This document shows positions 19,739 through 28,991 of a stretch of 64,000 bases of DNA, in pieces. Every line of letters begins with the position of its first letter. The stretch's first letter is position 1. A program made the position numbers and the translations under genes. Below the pieces are notes generated by a model. The model did no database searches and was not told the DNA's origin. It worked only from the letters and a program-made list of their open reading frames with translations. Location: IMG/VR virus record IMGVR_UViG_3300017917_002374, positions 1 to 64,000 of that record. One strand, given 5' to 3'.

Positions 19739-21001
19739 ATGGACGTAACAGCACAGGTAGACAGCATAGTTGAAAATCTTGTACGTGGTATTGAAACCAG
19801 ACTTGAAGCTAGACTAGAACAAACAGTAACAGCTTTTTTGCAAAGCAAACTTGACGCAGTTGATGTTGATAAAAAACTCAACTGGCTGGCCAGTGTTAAA
19901 CTTGACAATCTAATTGGTGCTTTGAGTATTGATCAATCCACAGTGCAACAGCGAGTGGAAGCAGTCACAGACACAGTGGTCAACGGCATTGAAGCAGAGT
20001 GTAGGAAAACCAGTCTTGAAAGAATAAGACATCGCATCAACAGTGAACTGGATATCAACAAGTTGGTCAAAGAAGTGTTGTCCAGCGAACTTGAATCTAA
20101 AATAACGCAGTTGAATTTTCCTGCAAAAAGCATACCATCAGAAGCTATTGAGTTTAAAGGATTACAACTCACCGGAGACAACATTGTTGGCGGCATAATC
20201 AAAAACTTTGGCAGTTCAGGCATACAGGATCTCAGCGAGAATGTACAACTGACCTTGCTTGACGAAGCCGTGGTGATAGAAAACAATGTGGTAACACTGG
20301 GCCTACAGGTAAAAGGAACCACAGTGCTAGAAGGCGATGTGGTAATCAACGGCAACGTGCCTCCCGAAAGTCAATTCTATTCCAGCTTGATCAGCAATGC
20401 AGTGGATGGTGTAAAGCGCAGCATGAATCAAGAGTTCTTTGGTGATTATGCAGAGGTAATCTTTGATCGCATTCGCCAAGAAGGCTTGGATCTCAATCGC
20501 ATTACACTGAATGGTACAGAAATCATAACTGGTAACAAACTGAACTATGGAATCACTGACACCAATATCTCCAGACTGGGCATGGTCAAGGATCTCCAAA
20601 CCGCAGGTGAAACCTATCTAAGCGAAGTGCTGTATGTTGGCAAGAACCGTGTGGGAATCAACACACTGGAACCAGCAAACAGTCTAAGTGTTTGGGATCA
20701 AGAAGTTGAACTGGGTATGGGCAAGCGTAGTAAAGACGTGGGCTGGATTGGTACTACTAGACGTCAGGATTTTATACTCAGTGCCAACAATCAAGACAAC
20801 CTTACACTCAAACAAGATGGCACAGTGAGTGTTCAAAAACTACAGGTCAACAAGATCACTATCATGAGCAGTGCAGGAACACCTGCCGGCGATGAACCTC
20901 GTGGCACAGTGGCATTCAATGAAAATCCAGCTCCTGGACAGCCTATCGGATGGGTGAGTTTAGGTAATGGCGCATGGTCTAAATTTGGCACAGTTGGTTG
21001 A
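19739..21001 (+). CDS. Hypothetical protein (N-terminal coiled coil, beta-rich C-terminus), possibly virion
   Basis: NRVGINTLEP and PIGWVSLGNGAWSKFG are fibre-type motifs. Confidence 0.55.
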   Translation: MDVTAQVDSIVENLVRGIETRLEARLEQTVTAFLQSKLDAVDVDKKLNWLASVKLDNLIGALSIDQSTVQQRVEAVTDTVVNGIEAECRKTSLERIRHRINSELDINKLVKEVLSSELESKITQLNFPAKSIPSEAIEFKGLQLTGDNIVGGIIKNFGSSGIQDLSENVQLTLLDEAVVIENNVVTLGLQVKGTTVLEGDVVINGNVPPESQFYSSLISNAVDGVKRSMNQEFFGDYAEVIFDRIRQEGLDLNRITLNGTEIITGNKLNYGITDTNISRLGMVKDLQTAGETYLSEVLYVGKNRVGINTLEPANSLSVWDQEVELGMGKRSKDVGWIGTTRRQDFILSANNQDNLTLKQDGTVSVQKLQVNKITIMSSAGTPAGDEPRGTVAFNENPAPGQPIGWVSLGNGAWSKFGTVG

Positions 21002-21032
21002 CAATTCAAGTTACAAAAATTAAAATCTTATA

Positions 21033-21737
21033 ATGCTATTCTTATTTGATGTAGATGGTACTCTTACACCCAGCCGAGGTACCATGGATCCAGAATTCAA
21101 ACATTGGCTGTGGCACGAGTTCAAACATCCTATTAGGCTAATCACTGGCAGCGATCCAGAAAAAACTCAAGAACAAATTGGCATGGATTTCTGGAGTGAT
21201 TGTTTTGTGTACAATTGTGCTGGCAATCATGTGTTTGATCACGGTAAAGAAATTTTCCGCAGCGAATGGCGTTTGCCTGCAGATCTAGAATGGATTCTAC
21301 AGGCCAAACTGTTTGCCAGTCCTTGGTTGATTCGCACAGGCAAGCATCTAGAACATAGGACCGGGCTGTGCAACTTTAGTATTGTGGGGCGTAACGCCAC
21401 TCCTGAACAGCGCAAAATGTATTACGATTGGGACTGTATAACTAAAGAACGAGAAATTCTAGCCAAACTGATCAACATGGTTTGGGGAGCCACAGTTGAA
21501 GCCACAGTAGCAGGCGAGACTGGCATTGACATATATCAACGCGGGGCAGGCAAGGATCAGATTTTGGACCAAGTGACAGAACTAGGACCTATCCATTTTT
21601 TTGGCGATCGGCAAGATCCAGCAGGCAATGATTACAAACTAGCACAAGTTATCTTGACAAAAAATGCAGGTCAGTGTTATCATGTTAAAAACTGGCAACA
21701 CACCTGGGATCTTTTGAAAGAACTTAATGACAATTAA
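21033..21737 (+). CDS. HAD-IIB phosphomannomutase-like enzyme
   Basis: FDVDGTLT, TGSD, NFSIVGRNA, FFGD...GND. Confidence 0.88.
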   Translation: MLFLFDVDGTLTPSRGTMDPEFKHWLWHEFKHPIRLITGSDPEKTQEQIGMDFWSDCFVYNCAGNHVFDHGKEIFRSEWRLPADLEWILQAKLFASPWLIRTGKHLEHRTGLCNFSIVGRNATPEQRKMYYDWDCITKEREILAKLINMVWGATVEATVAGETGIDIYQRGAGKDQILDQVTELGPIHFFGDRQDPAGNDYKLAQVILTKNAGQCYHVKNWQHTWDLLKELNDN

Positions 21738-22758
21738 ACGCATTGGCTTTGCTTGTAAATGGCTCACAGATCCAGCAGAAGTTGCTGGTGCTAAACCTGC
21801 TGCCACAGACCACAACACTCGTTCAACCACTGTGGCCTGGCTTAACCGTCAACCCAAAGATGAAGCTGTGCAAAGACTTTGGGATATTGTTCGTCATAAC
21901 ATTGCAGCAACACAACGTCTTGTAGAAAGGGTAGGCAGCTATGATCTCTCACGTCGCATGGTTCGTATTGGCAGCGATATTCTGCCTATGTACACTCAGC
22001 CTGATTGGAGCTGGTTTTATCAGCAACCGGATGTTAGAGCTTATGCCGAGAAGCATTTTGCTGATGTGGGGCGGGTGGCTCGCGCCCTTGATGTGCGCCT
22101 CAGTTTTCATCCTGGCCAGTATTGTGTTCTTGCAAGTGAGTCTGATAACATCGTTGAACGTAGTATTGAAGAATTTGAGTACCATGTAGACATGGCTCGC
22201 TGGATGGGCTACGGTGCCACCTGGCATGAGCATGGTTTTAAAATTAATGTGCATTTAAGCGGGCGCGGTGGTCCCGACAAATTTCTAGCCACACTGGGAA
22301 GGCTCACACCAGAAGCTAGAAATTTAATCACCATTGAAAATGATGAGATGAAATATGGACTTGATTATACTCTTGCTGTCAGTAAACATGTGGCTCTTGT
22401 TCTCGATCTTCATCATCACTGGGTCAACTCGGGGGAGTATATTGTGGCGACAGACGATCGTGTTCAGCGTGTTATTGACAGCTGGCGTGGTTCTCGTCCT
22501 GTTCTGCACTACTCTGTTAGTAGGGAAGATATTCTTGTGGATCATTGTACCCGATCTAGGCCCGATCTTCACGCACTTATTGGAAGAGGCCATAAGAAAC
22601 AGCAGCTTAGGGCGCACAGCGACTTCTATTGGAATGAAGCTGTGAACGAGTGGGCGTTGGAATTTGGTGATGAGTTTGATACCATGTGTGAAAGCAAGGC
22701 CAAAAATTTAGCCAGCTTCGCATTATACGAACTGGCTAAATCCAAGAACATAATCTAG
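21727..22758 (+). CDS. uvsE: UV damage endonuclease
   Basis: RIGFACK, RLSFHPGQY, TIENDE, LDLHHH, RAHSD, ESKAKN. Confidence 0.92.
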   Translation: MTIKRIGFACKWLTDPAEVAGAKPAATDHNTRSTTVAWLNRQPKDEAVQRLWDIVRHNIAATQRLVERVGSYDLSRRMVRIGSDILPMYTQPDWSWFYQQPDVRAYAEKHFADVGRVARALDVRLSFHPGQYCVLASESDNIVERSIEEFEYHVDMARWMGYGATWHEHGFKINVHLSGRGGPDKFLATLGRLTPEARNLITIENDEMKYGLDYTLAVSKHVALVLDLHHHWVNSGEYIVATDDRVQRVIDSWRGSRPVLHYSVSREDILVDHCTRSRPDLHALIGRGHKKQQLRAHSDFYWNEAVNEWALEFGDEFDTMCESKAKNLASFALYELAKSKNII

Positions 22759-22759
22759 A

Positions 22760-23059
22760 TTACTTCTTGGTTTTTGGCTTGGCAGTTTTTTTGGCTGCTG
22801 TTTTAACTTTGGCTACAGTTTCTTTTGCCTTGCGAGTGGTCTTTTTAACCACTTCAACCGCATCAGCTGCATCAACTTTGCCATCCTTGTTTACATCAGC
22901 AACTTGTGCTACGGTTTGCGTGAGCACAGGTGCAACGCTCAAGGCATCTTTAGCATCAACTTTACCGTCCTTGTTTAAGTCCAGAGGCTTTTTGCTGTTA
23001 TTCACGTAAAGCAGATAGCCCACTACTACAAATACAACTAGGCCAATTAGAATTTCCAT
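22760..23059 (-). CDS. Membrane-anchored protein with two EF-hand/dockerin-type Ca loops and Lys-rich tail
   Basis: N-terminal TM; DLNKDGKVDAKD and DVNKDGKVDAAD; SD and TAAATA upstream on the minus strand. Confidence 0.75.
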   Translation of the reverse strand: MEILIGLVVFVVVGYLLYVNNSKKPLDLNKDGKVDAKDALSVAPVLTQTVAQVADVNKDGKVDAADAVEVVKKTTRKAKETVAKVKTAAKKTAKPKTKK

Positions 23060-23231
23060 TTAAATCTCCTTGTAAGGTATAAAATATTTAGCGATCAAAT
23101 TAAACACACAAAATCTTAATCTGGGCAGATAAAATTTGCTGCGCTGCAATAAATACTATATAATGATGCATGTGATGCCCAGGTGGGGTCATTTCAGCAT
23201 TATGGAACATTTCGTCTAAAAGGAGAAACTC

Positions 23232-23510
23232 ATGTTCAACGCATACGAAACAGTAATTGACGCAGTTACCGCTGCCAAAAAAACCGCAATCGCAACTTTT
23301 GTAAGAAACGACACTGTGGCAGACAGTCTGACCAAATGGACTGATACTGAAGCAGCCGTGGCCAAAAATATCATCAAGGCCAGTGTGGAAACAGCCACAG
23401 TGATTGGTACTGAAGTTACCAAGGCCGTGCAAGAAGCTGCCAAGGTTGACCTGAGCAAAGGTTTTACGACCTGGGCACAGGATGTGCAAAAGACCAGCAA
23501 AGCCAAATGA
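23232..23510 (+). CDS. Ala-rich amphipathic helical protein (phasin-like, tentative)
   Basis: Strong SD; composition only. Confidence 0.5.
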   Translation: MFNAYETVIDAVTAAKKTAIATFVRNDTVADSLTKWTDTEAAVAKNIIKASVETATVIGTEVTKAVQEAAKVDLSKGFTTWAQDVQKTSKAK

Positions 23511-23665
23511 TTTTTAAAATTGTAGAGCATATTGCAGATCAATTTCGTCCAAATCTCCAAAGTGATTTGGAAAGATGGTTACAATATCAAAATCCAACAA
23601 ACGGCGCAGATCTTGAACGGTTGATCAAGGAATACACCTACAAAGATCTAGGCATGCGGTTGTAA
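23507..23665 (+). CDS. 52-aa protein (DUF3563-like, tentative; not in ORF track)
   Basis: ATGA coupling; LERWLQYQNPTNGADLERLIKEY. Confidence 0.5.
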   Translation: MIFKIVEHIADQFRPNLQSDLERWLQYQNPTNGADLERLIKEYTYKDLGMRL

Positions 23666-23735
23666 AAAAAGCAACGAAAACGGGCAGAAATGCCCGTTTT
23701 TTATGGTTGACCTAAATTCTTGCTTTTGCTAAAAT
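23659..23735 (+). promoter_or_regulatory. Terminator + early promoter cassette
   Basis: gttg-taaaaaaag-caac box, hairpin cgggca-gaaa-tgcccg-T6, TTGACC(23707)-17-TAAAAT. Confidence 0.7.
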
Positions 23736-23760
23736 AAGGTTGTGTTTAAATTTTAAGAGG

Positions 23761-23970
23761 ATGATCATGAACATCAGAATGCAAAGTGTTAGCGGATTTG
23801 TAATTGTTTTGATTCTTGCAATATTAATAATTTTGCTAGCACCCTTGGCAGTGATCTGGGCTATTAACACTCTAGTGTCCACAGCGGCTATTCCTTACAC
23901 TCTGGAAACCTGGGCAGCCAGCATTATAATTTGCAGCGTGTTTGGTGTGGGCAAGGTAAAAACCAATTGA
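23761..23970 (+). CDS. Small 2-TM membrane protein
   Basis: Hydrophobic segments; follows the early promoter. Confidence 0.55.
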   Translation: MIMNIRMQSVSGFVIVLILAILIILLAPLAVIWAINTLVSTAAIPYTLETWAASIIICSVFGVGKVKTN

Positions 23971-24025
23971 CTTTTTTGCCCAAAAGTGTATAATAACATT
24001 GTTATCAATATGTTGGACTGCGATC

Positions 24026-24178
24026 ATGAATCTAGCAAACAAAACTCCTGTAAAACAGTCTCGCACACGAGCACATCGGGTATTGTTTCTCAACGACAGT
24101 CCGTTTCGTTCTCGCACTGTTGAAAATAAAAAACAGTTTCGTCGTCAACCCAAGCATCGTTTTCAACAACCACTCTAA
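24026..24178 (+). CDS. ArfA-like alternative ribosome rescue factor, 50 aa (not in ORF track)
   Basis: MNLANKTPVKQSRTRAHRVLFLNDSPFRSRTVENKKQFRRQPKHRFQQPL compared with ArfA [27 protein letters not shown]; own promoter TTGACT(23967)-16-TATAAT. Confidence 0.55.
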   Translation: MNLANKTPVKQSRTRAHRVLFLNDSPFRSRTVENKKQFRRQPKHRFQQPL

Positions 24179-24188
24179 GGAGAAATCC

Positions 24189-24356
24189 ATGAGCAATTCC
24201 TTTTACAACACCGTGATGACCGTGGCCGATGAAGCTATCTTTGTACGGCAGCTGAACACAGAAGCAGCCATTAGGTATATCATAAACAAAACCGAAGCCA
24301 ACCGCGATATGGCGGCAGAAGCTCTGCGTCAGGTTGTGACTTTTTACAAACAATGA
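24189..24356 (+). CDS. Hypothetical protein
   Basis: SD aaggag before ATG 24189. Confidence 0.6.
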   Translation: MSNSFYNTVMTVADEAIFVRQLNTEAAIRYIINKTEANRDMAAEALRQVVTFYKQ

Positions 24357-24643
24357 CCAGACAGTTTATTTTCGCGGCGTTGATGGCCACTGGCAGCATG
24401 CAAGTGTTTGCTCAAACTGCAGGTTCTGCATCCAGTCTGGGCATTCAGCCCATGACCATAGATTGTGCTCAGGCAGCTGCCATGAGCCAAGAGCTTGAAG
24501 CTATTATTGCTGAACCCGGCAAACGCAACGCCACATGGGATCCCACGCTGTCATGGGTGGGCGGTATCAACTCTGCACAACAAAGGTTGGCCAGTGCCAA
24601 GACTGTGTTATGGAACATAAGAACACAATGCCGCGGATTTTGA
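24353..24643 (+). CDS. Secreted hypothetical protein
   Basis: Signal peptide ending VFA. Confidence 0.6.
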   Translation: MTRQFIFAALMATGSMQVFAQTAGSASSLGIQPMTIDCAQAAAMSQELEAIIAEPGKRNATWDPTLSWVGGINSAQQRLASAKTVLWNIRTQCRGF

Positions 24644-25191
24644 TTCTCCTGCTATTGGTAGCGGGCACTGCGCAAGCAGACTGTTACTATCGCAGCAGCA
24701 ACATCAGCCGACTGCGGGCACCCATTGAACGCATTGCTGATCTAGAGCGTACAGTGATGCCAGTAGGACAGGATCAAAATCGTTGTCGTGTGACATTTAG
24801 AGCCTTGATACAGAATCAATGGCACACAGTGGAAGGTGAAAGCACTGGTCCAATCACTACCAGTTTGGATCAAATCTGTGGGCAGGCTCTTAATCTTGGA
24901 CGCACTCAAATCTTAGATCGTGTGGCCGGTACAGATATCACAGCAGCTCAAGAAATGATCTGTACGGATCAACCTATTCCACGCACAAGAGATCTTGTGG
25001 CAGTGGGCGATACAGTGCGCGAAAGCGAAGTTCAACCGCATCCTGTGCATCGCAGAAGTTTTGGATATAGAGGTAGCGAGTGTAAATGGTTTGTGGAAAG
25101 TCGTCCAGAAAGCGGGCGGGTTGACATGAATCAAGGTATCATTTGTCGCGGATCCAAAGAACAGGATTGGCGAGTGGTTGACAAATGGTAG
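24628..25191 (+). CDS. Secreted Cys-containing hypothetical protein
   Basis: MPRILILLLLVAGTAQA signal; 6 Cys in the mature part. Confidence 0.65.
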   Translation: MPRILILLLLVAGTAQADCYYRSSNISRLRAPIERIADLERTVMPVGQDQNRCRVTFRALIQNQWHTVEGESTGPITTSLDQICGQALNLGRTQILDRVAGTDITAAQEMICTDQPIPRTRDLVAVGDTVRESEVQPHPVHRRSFGYRGSECKWFVESRPESGRVDMNQGIICRGSKEQDWRVVDKW

Positions 25192-25247
25192 ATTTTTTAG
25201 TAAACTGTGACAGTGGTAATCTTTATCAACTTCCGAAAGGAAACAAA

Positions 25248-26081
25248 ATGAAACGTATTATAGCAATCAGTGCAGTATCTGTAATTCTTGCAGCATGTAA
25301 CAGTGCGCCCAAACGTGCGGAGGCACCGCCCATTCCTAGTCCTACGCCGCCTGTGACCAAAGATGTCACGGTGCCTGTGCAAGGCAAAGTGGATGCTCCG
25401 CCTACTCTGGACATTCCAGCATGGTACATCAAGGCACCTGCCAGCACAGACGACTATGTGTTTGTCACAGGCACTGCGGTGAGTTCCGATCTTGCCATGA
25501 GCCGTACCAAGGCACTGCTGGACGCACAAGTACAGTTGGCTGACAAGATCAATGGCATGCTCAACGCCATAACCAAGCAAACTCGTAAGGATGACAGTGG
25601 ACAGGTTGGCATTGACCGTACCAGTCAAACTGTGAAAAAGCTGATCATTGACACAGCTCTCACAGGCTATCATCTAGAGGACAGTCGTGTGATGAGCGAA
25701 AATCGCAACTATCGTACCTTTGTGCTGGTGCGCTATCCGCTGGGCGATGCTAACCGTTTGCTCAAAGACAAACTGCAACGCGAACGTCAGGACAAGGACG
25801 ATGTTGACAATGCCCTAGATGAGCTGGAACGTGAAATCAACTCACGCAAGAAAAAGCCGGCTGCACCTGCTGCGCTTGATGACAAACAGAGTCAAGTGCA
25901 AGACGACAGCACTGTTCTTGCTCAAGCGGATCCTGTAAAACGTCCGCTGACCATAGATGAAATTGTGGCTATTGAAAAACAGCACAATCTAGTGGATACC
26001 AAAAACATGGATCTGCGCCGTCGTAGAGCCGAAGCACTTACCAAGCCCGGAGCAACTGTGCAGAGATTTACTGTGCAATAA
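25248..26081 (+). CDS. Lipoprotein, LPP20-like
   Basis: Lipobox LAAC; IPAWY, GTAVSSDLAMSRTKALLDA. Confidence 0.75.
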   Translation: MKRIIAISAVSVILAACNSAPKRAEAPPIPSPTPPVTKDVTVPVQGKVDAPPTLDIPAWYIKAPASTDDYVFVTGTAVSSDLAMSRTKALLDAQVQLADKINGMLNAITKQTRKDDSGQVGIDRTSQTVKKLIIDTALTGYHLEDSRVMSENRNYRTFVLVRYPLGDANRLLKDKLQRERQDKDDVDNALDELEREINSRKKKPAAPAALDDKQSQVQDDSTVLAQADPVKRPLTIDEIVAIEKQHNLVDTKNMDLRRRRAEALTKPGATVQRFTVQ

Positions 26082-26095
26082 CAGCTCTGCTCAAA

Positions 26096-26131
26096 AAAGC
26101 CCTCCTCGGTGTAAATACCAAGGGGGGCTTT
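26096..26131 (+). terminator. Terminator-like hairpin with a late promoter (TAAATA) in its loop
   Basis: aaagccctcctcggt-gTAAAT-accaaggggggcttt. Confidence 0.6.
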
Positions 26132-26134
26132 CTT

Positions 26135-26620
26135 ATGGCTAGACCAAATCCTATACGACGTATCATGCAATCCGCGCTGCCTAGTGTTACATATCAGCGA
26201 CAGAAACTTTTTAGGCCCTCTCCAAAAGATGTAAAATATGCGTATAAAATAATCAACAGGCATGTGTTTAACAATCAGCTGAAACTGCCACCTATCCAAC
26301 TGGGCGTGACCAGGGGCTATTGGGGCATGTGTATTGGGTTACACGAAGAAACTAGTCCTAACACTTTGTGCAGTCTAAAACTCAGCGACAAATACTTTTG
26401 TGTGCAATGGTTCATGAACACTCTGGCACACGAAATGGTACATCAATATCAATGGGACATCAATAGTGAATACAGACAGCAGCACGGACTGGAACCTTTG
26501 ATGAGCCACGGTCCTAGTTTTTTTGCCTGGCGTGATGTCATGGACTACTATGGACTGAGCTTGAAAACTGCACATGGACAGCGACGTTGGTTTGCACATC
26601 AAGATTTCAATAAGTGTTGA
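26135..26620 (+). CDS. SprT-like zinc metalloprotease
   Basis: TLAHEMVHQYQ, HGPSF. Confidence 0.85.
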   Translation: MARPNPIRRIMQSALPSVTYQRQKLFRPSPKDVKYAYKIINRHVFNNQLKLPPIQLGVTRGYWGMCIGLHEETSPNTLCSLKLSDKYFCVQWFMNTLAHEMVHQYQWDINSEYRQQHGLEPLMSHGPSFFAWRDVMDYYGLSLKTAHGQRRWFAHQDFNKC

Positions 26621-26670
26621 CAAACTTCCCGCAGTTCTCTATAATTGACTCTAGTTAACCAGGAGTCAGT

Positions 26671-27261
26671 ATGCCCCATTTTGTACCTACCGTATTAGAA
26701 AAAACCAGCAACGGCGAACGTGCGTATGATATTTACAGTCGCCTGCTTAAAGATCGTATTGTGATGCTGGACACAGATGTAAATGAACATTCAGCCAGCC
26801 TTGTGGTTAGCCAATTGTTGTTCCTAGAAAGTGAAAACCCTGATGCAGACATTCTTTTCTATATTAACAGCCCTGGTGGCGTGGTTACTGCTGGCATGGC
26901 TATCTATGATACTATGCAGTACATTAAACCTGACGTATCTACTATTGTAATGGGCCAGGCCTGCTCCATGGGCAGTTTGTTAGCACAAGCCGGCGCAGCA
27001 GGCAAACGCTATATTCTGCCCAATGCACGTCACATGATACACCAACCGTCAGGGGGTGCAGGTGGGCAAGCCACAGACATGGAAATTCAGGTGCGTGAGA
27101 TACTCAAAATGAAGCGTACACTTACAGAAATCTATGTCAAGCACAATAGTGCAGGCAAAGTGTATGACGAAATCCTAGCAGACATGGAACGTGATTTCTT
27201 TATGAGCGCACATGAAGCTGTGACGTATGGACTGGCAGATCAAGTGATTGAAACCAGATAA
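26671..27261 (+). CDS. clpP: ClpP protease subunit
   Basis: [24 protein letters not shown] (Ser), MIHQP (His), ERD (Asp); promoter TTGACA(26617)-17-TATAAT. Confidence 0.97.
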   Translation: MPHFVPTVLEKTSNGERAYDIYSRLLKDRIVMLDTDVNEHSASLVVSQLLFLESENPDADILFYINSPGGVVTAGMAIYDTMQYIKPDVSTIVMGQACSMGSLLAQAGAAGKRYILPNARHMIHQPSGGAGGQATDMEIQVREILKMKRTLTEIYVKHNSAGKVYDEILADMERDFFMSAHEAVTYGLADQVIETR

Positions 27262-27282
27262 TACCTAAAACTGTACCTGCGG

Positions 27283-27318
27283 TAAATAATAGGAGACAGT
27301 TTGTCTCCTATTTTTTTA
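27283..27318 (+). promoter_or_regulatory. Late promoter TAAATA overlapping the 5' arm of a terminator hairpin at the head of the modular-protein cluster
   Basis: TAAATA 27283; aataggagaca-gtt-tgtctcctatt plus T run. Confidence 0.65.
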
Positions 27319-27323
27319 TTATT

Positions 27324-28991
27324 ATGCGTCTAAACGAATTTGAATCACTGGATCTTGCTGTTAATTTTCATGACGAATTGAACCCAAAACTATGGGATGA
27401 CAATCGCATGCGTCCCGAAGTACGTGCAGCACTCATGCGTATCGCAGAAAATTTCAAAGATTTCTTGGGTGTTGATATCTATGATTTACTGGATATCACA
27501 GTAAGTGGTAGTAATGCAGCATATACCTATACTTCACACAGCGACATTGATCTACATCTTGTGGTCATGATTCCTGAAGCACACGAAACCGAACTCAAAG
27601 AACTGTTCACAGCTAAAAAATATCAGTACAATGATCAACACGATATCAAGGTACGTGGATTTGATGTTGAACTGTATGTGCAAGATGCAGAAGATCCGCA
27701 TCACAGCATGGGCATCTACAGTGTGCTCAACGATCGCTGGATCAAGCAGCCTAAAAAAGTACGGGCACAAATTGATGATATAGAAGTACAAGAAAAATAT
27801 CGCAGCATCAAACACAGAATCAATCGTGCTATTGTTAGCGACGACTACGACAGTGTGCAGCAGGTTTGGAACAGTGTGAAAAACATGCGCCAGACTGGTC
27901 TAGAACAAGGTGGTGAATTCAGCCCTGAAAATCTTGCATTCAAGATTCTGCGAGCAGACGGTACCTTGGAAAAACTCAAGCGTCATATGGGCAATCTCAA
28001 AGATGCCGAACTCAGCATACACGAAGCCACTAATGCTCCTAAAAGAAAAAGTGAAGTGTATCTAGACATGGATGGTGTGTTGGCAGATTTTTTTGCAGAG
28101 TATGCAAAACTGGCGGGCGTTCAAGGAACCTATAGAGACATACCTCCTGCCAAGACTGACCCTACCTTGAACAAAATGGTAGGTACTGATTTTTTTGCAC
28201 GATTGCCTAAGTTTGGATCCGCAGATACCTTGGTCAGCATGGTGACAAGTATATTTGGTCACTATAACATCTGCTCCAGTCCACTGCGCGGAGATCACGC
28301 CAACAGTGAAAAACAAAAACGTATTTGGATCGCAAAACATCTATCACCACAGCCTAAAGATATCATTATAACACCACGTAAAGAACGTCATGCAGTACAA
28401 GAGGATGGCACTCCTAATGTGTTGATTGATGACCGCGGTGACAACATTACCAAGTGGGAAGCAGCTGGCGGCGTGGGAATAAAATATCAAGCAGATGAAG
28501 ATGGTCTTGACACTGTGACTCGTGGATTAAAACGTGCTATGAAAATCATTGCAGGCAAAAAGCAGCTGGTGCCGCAAAAATTAAAAAGTCTAGATCGCAG
28601 CATGCCAGTGGCCACACAGGACGACCCCAAGCCTCTACAGGAAACCGTTAACCAATCAGAAGTGGTCAATTTTATTAAATTTGTTTATGACAGACTGCAT
28701 ATAGACGCTCCGCTACCACGCATCAAACTGCAACAGGAAAAAGAATCTCCAGATCAAAATCGCACTGGTTGGTATAACCCTGATACAAATGAAATGTGGG
28801 TGTACACAGGCAACAGAAATTTGATTGATATTCTACGCACGGTGGCTCACGAACTGGCACATCACAAACAAAGACTAGATGGTGACACTGCTGCCAACAC
28901 TGAACTGACAGACCTAGAAGGACAAGCAGATCAAGTGGCAGGCATAATTATGAAAATATATGTAAGAAAGCATCCGGAGATTATTGAATGA
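27324..28991 (+). CDS. Fusion protein: Pol-beta-type nucleotidyltransferase + HAD 5'(3')-deoxyribonucleotidase + HExxH zincin
   Basis: GSNAAY..SDIDLH / VELYVQD; YLDMDGVLAD..LIDDR; TVAHELAHH; domains joined at IHE and LQE. Confidence 0.8.
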   Translation: MRLNEFESLDLAVNFHDELNPKLWDDNRMRPEVRAALMRIAENFKDFLGVDIYDLLDITVSGSNAAYTYTSHSDIDLHLVVMIPEAHETELKELFTAKKYQYNDQHDIKVRGFDVELYVQDAEDPHHSMGIYSVLNDRWIKQPKKVRAQIDDIEVQEKYRSIKHRINRAIVSDDYDSVQQVWNSVKNMRQTGLEQGGEFSPENLAFKILRADGTLEKLKRHMGNLKDAELSIHEATNAPKRKSEVYLDMDGVLADFFAEYAKLAGVQGTYRDIPPAKTDPTLNKMVGTDFFARLPKFGSADTLVSMVTSIFGHYNICSSPLRGDHANSEKQKRIWIAKHLSPQPKDIIITPRKERHAVQEDGTPNVLIDDRGDNITKWEAAGGVGIKYQADEDGLDTVTRGLKRAMKIIAGKKQLVPQKLKSLDRSMPVATQDDPKPLQETVNQSEVVNFIKFVYDRLHIDAPLPRIKLQQEKESPDQNRTGWYNPDTNEMWVYTGNRNLIDILRTVAHELAHHKQRLDGDTAANTELTDLEGQADQVAGIIMKIYVRKHPEIIE

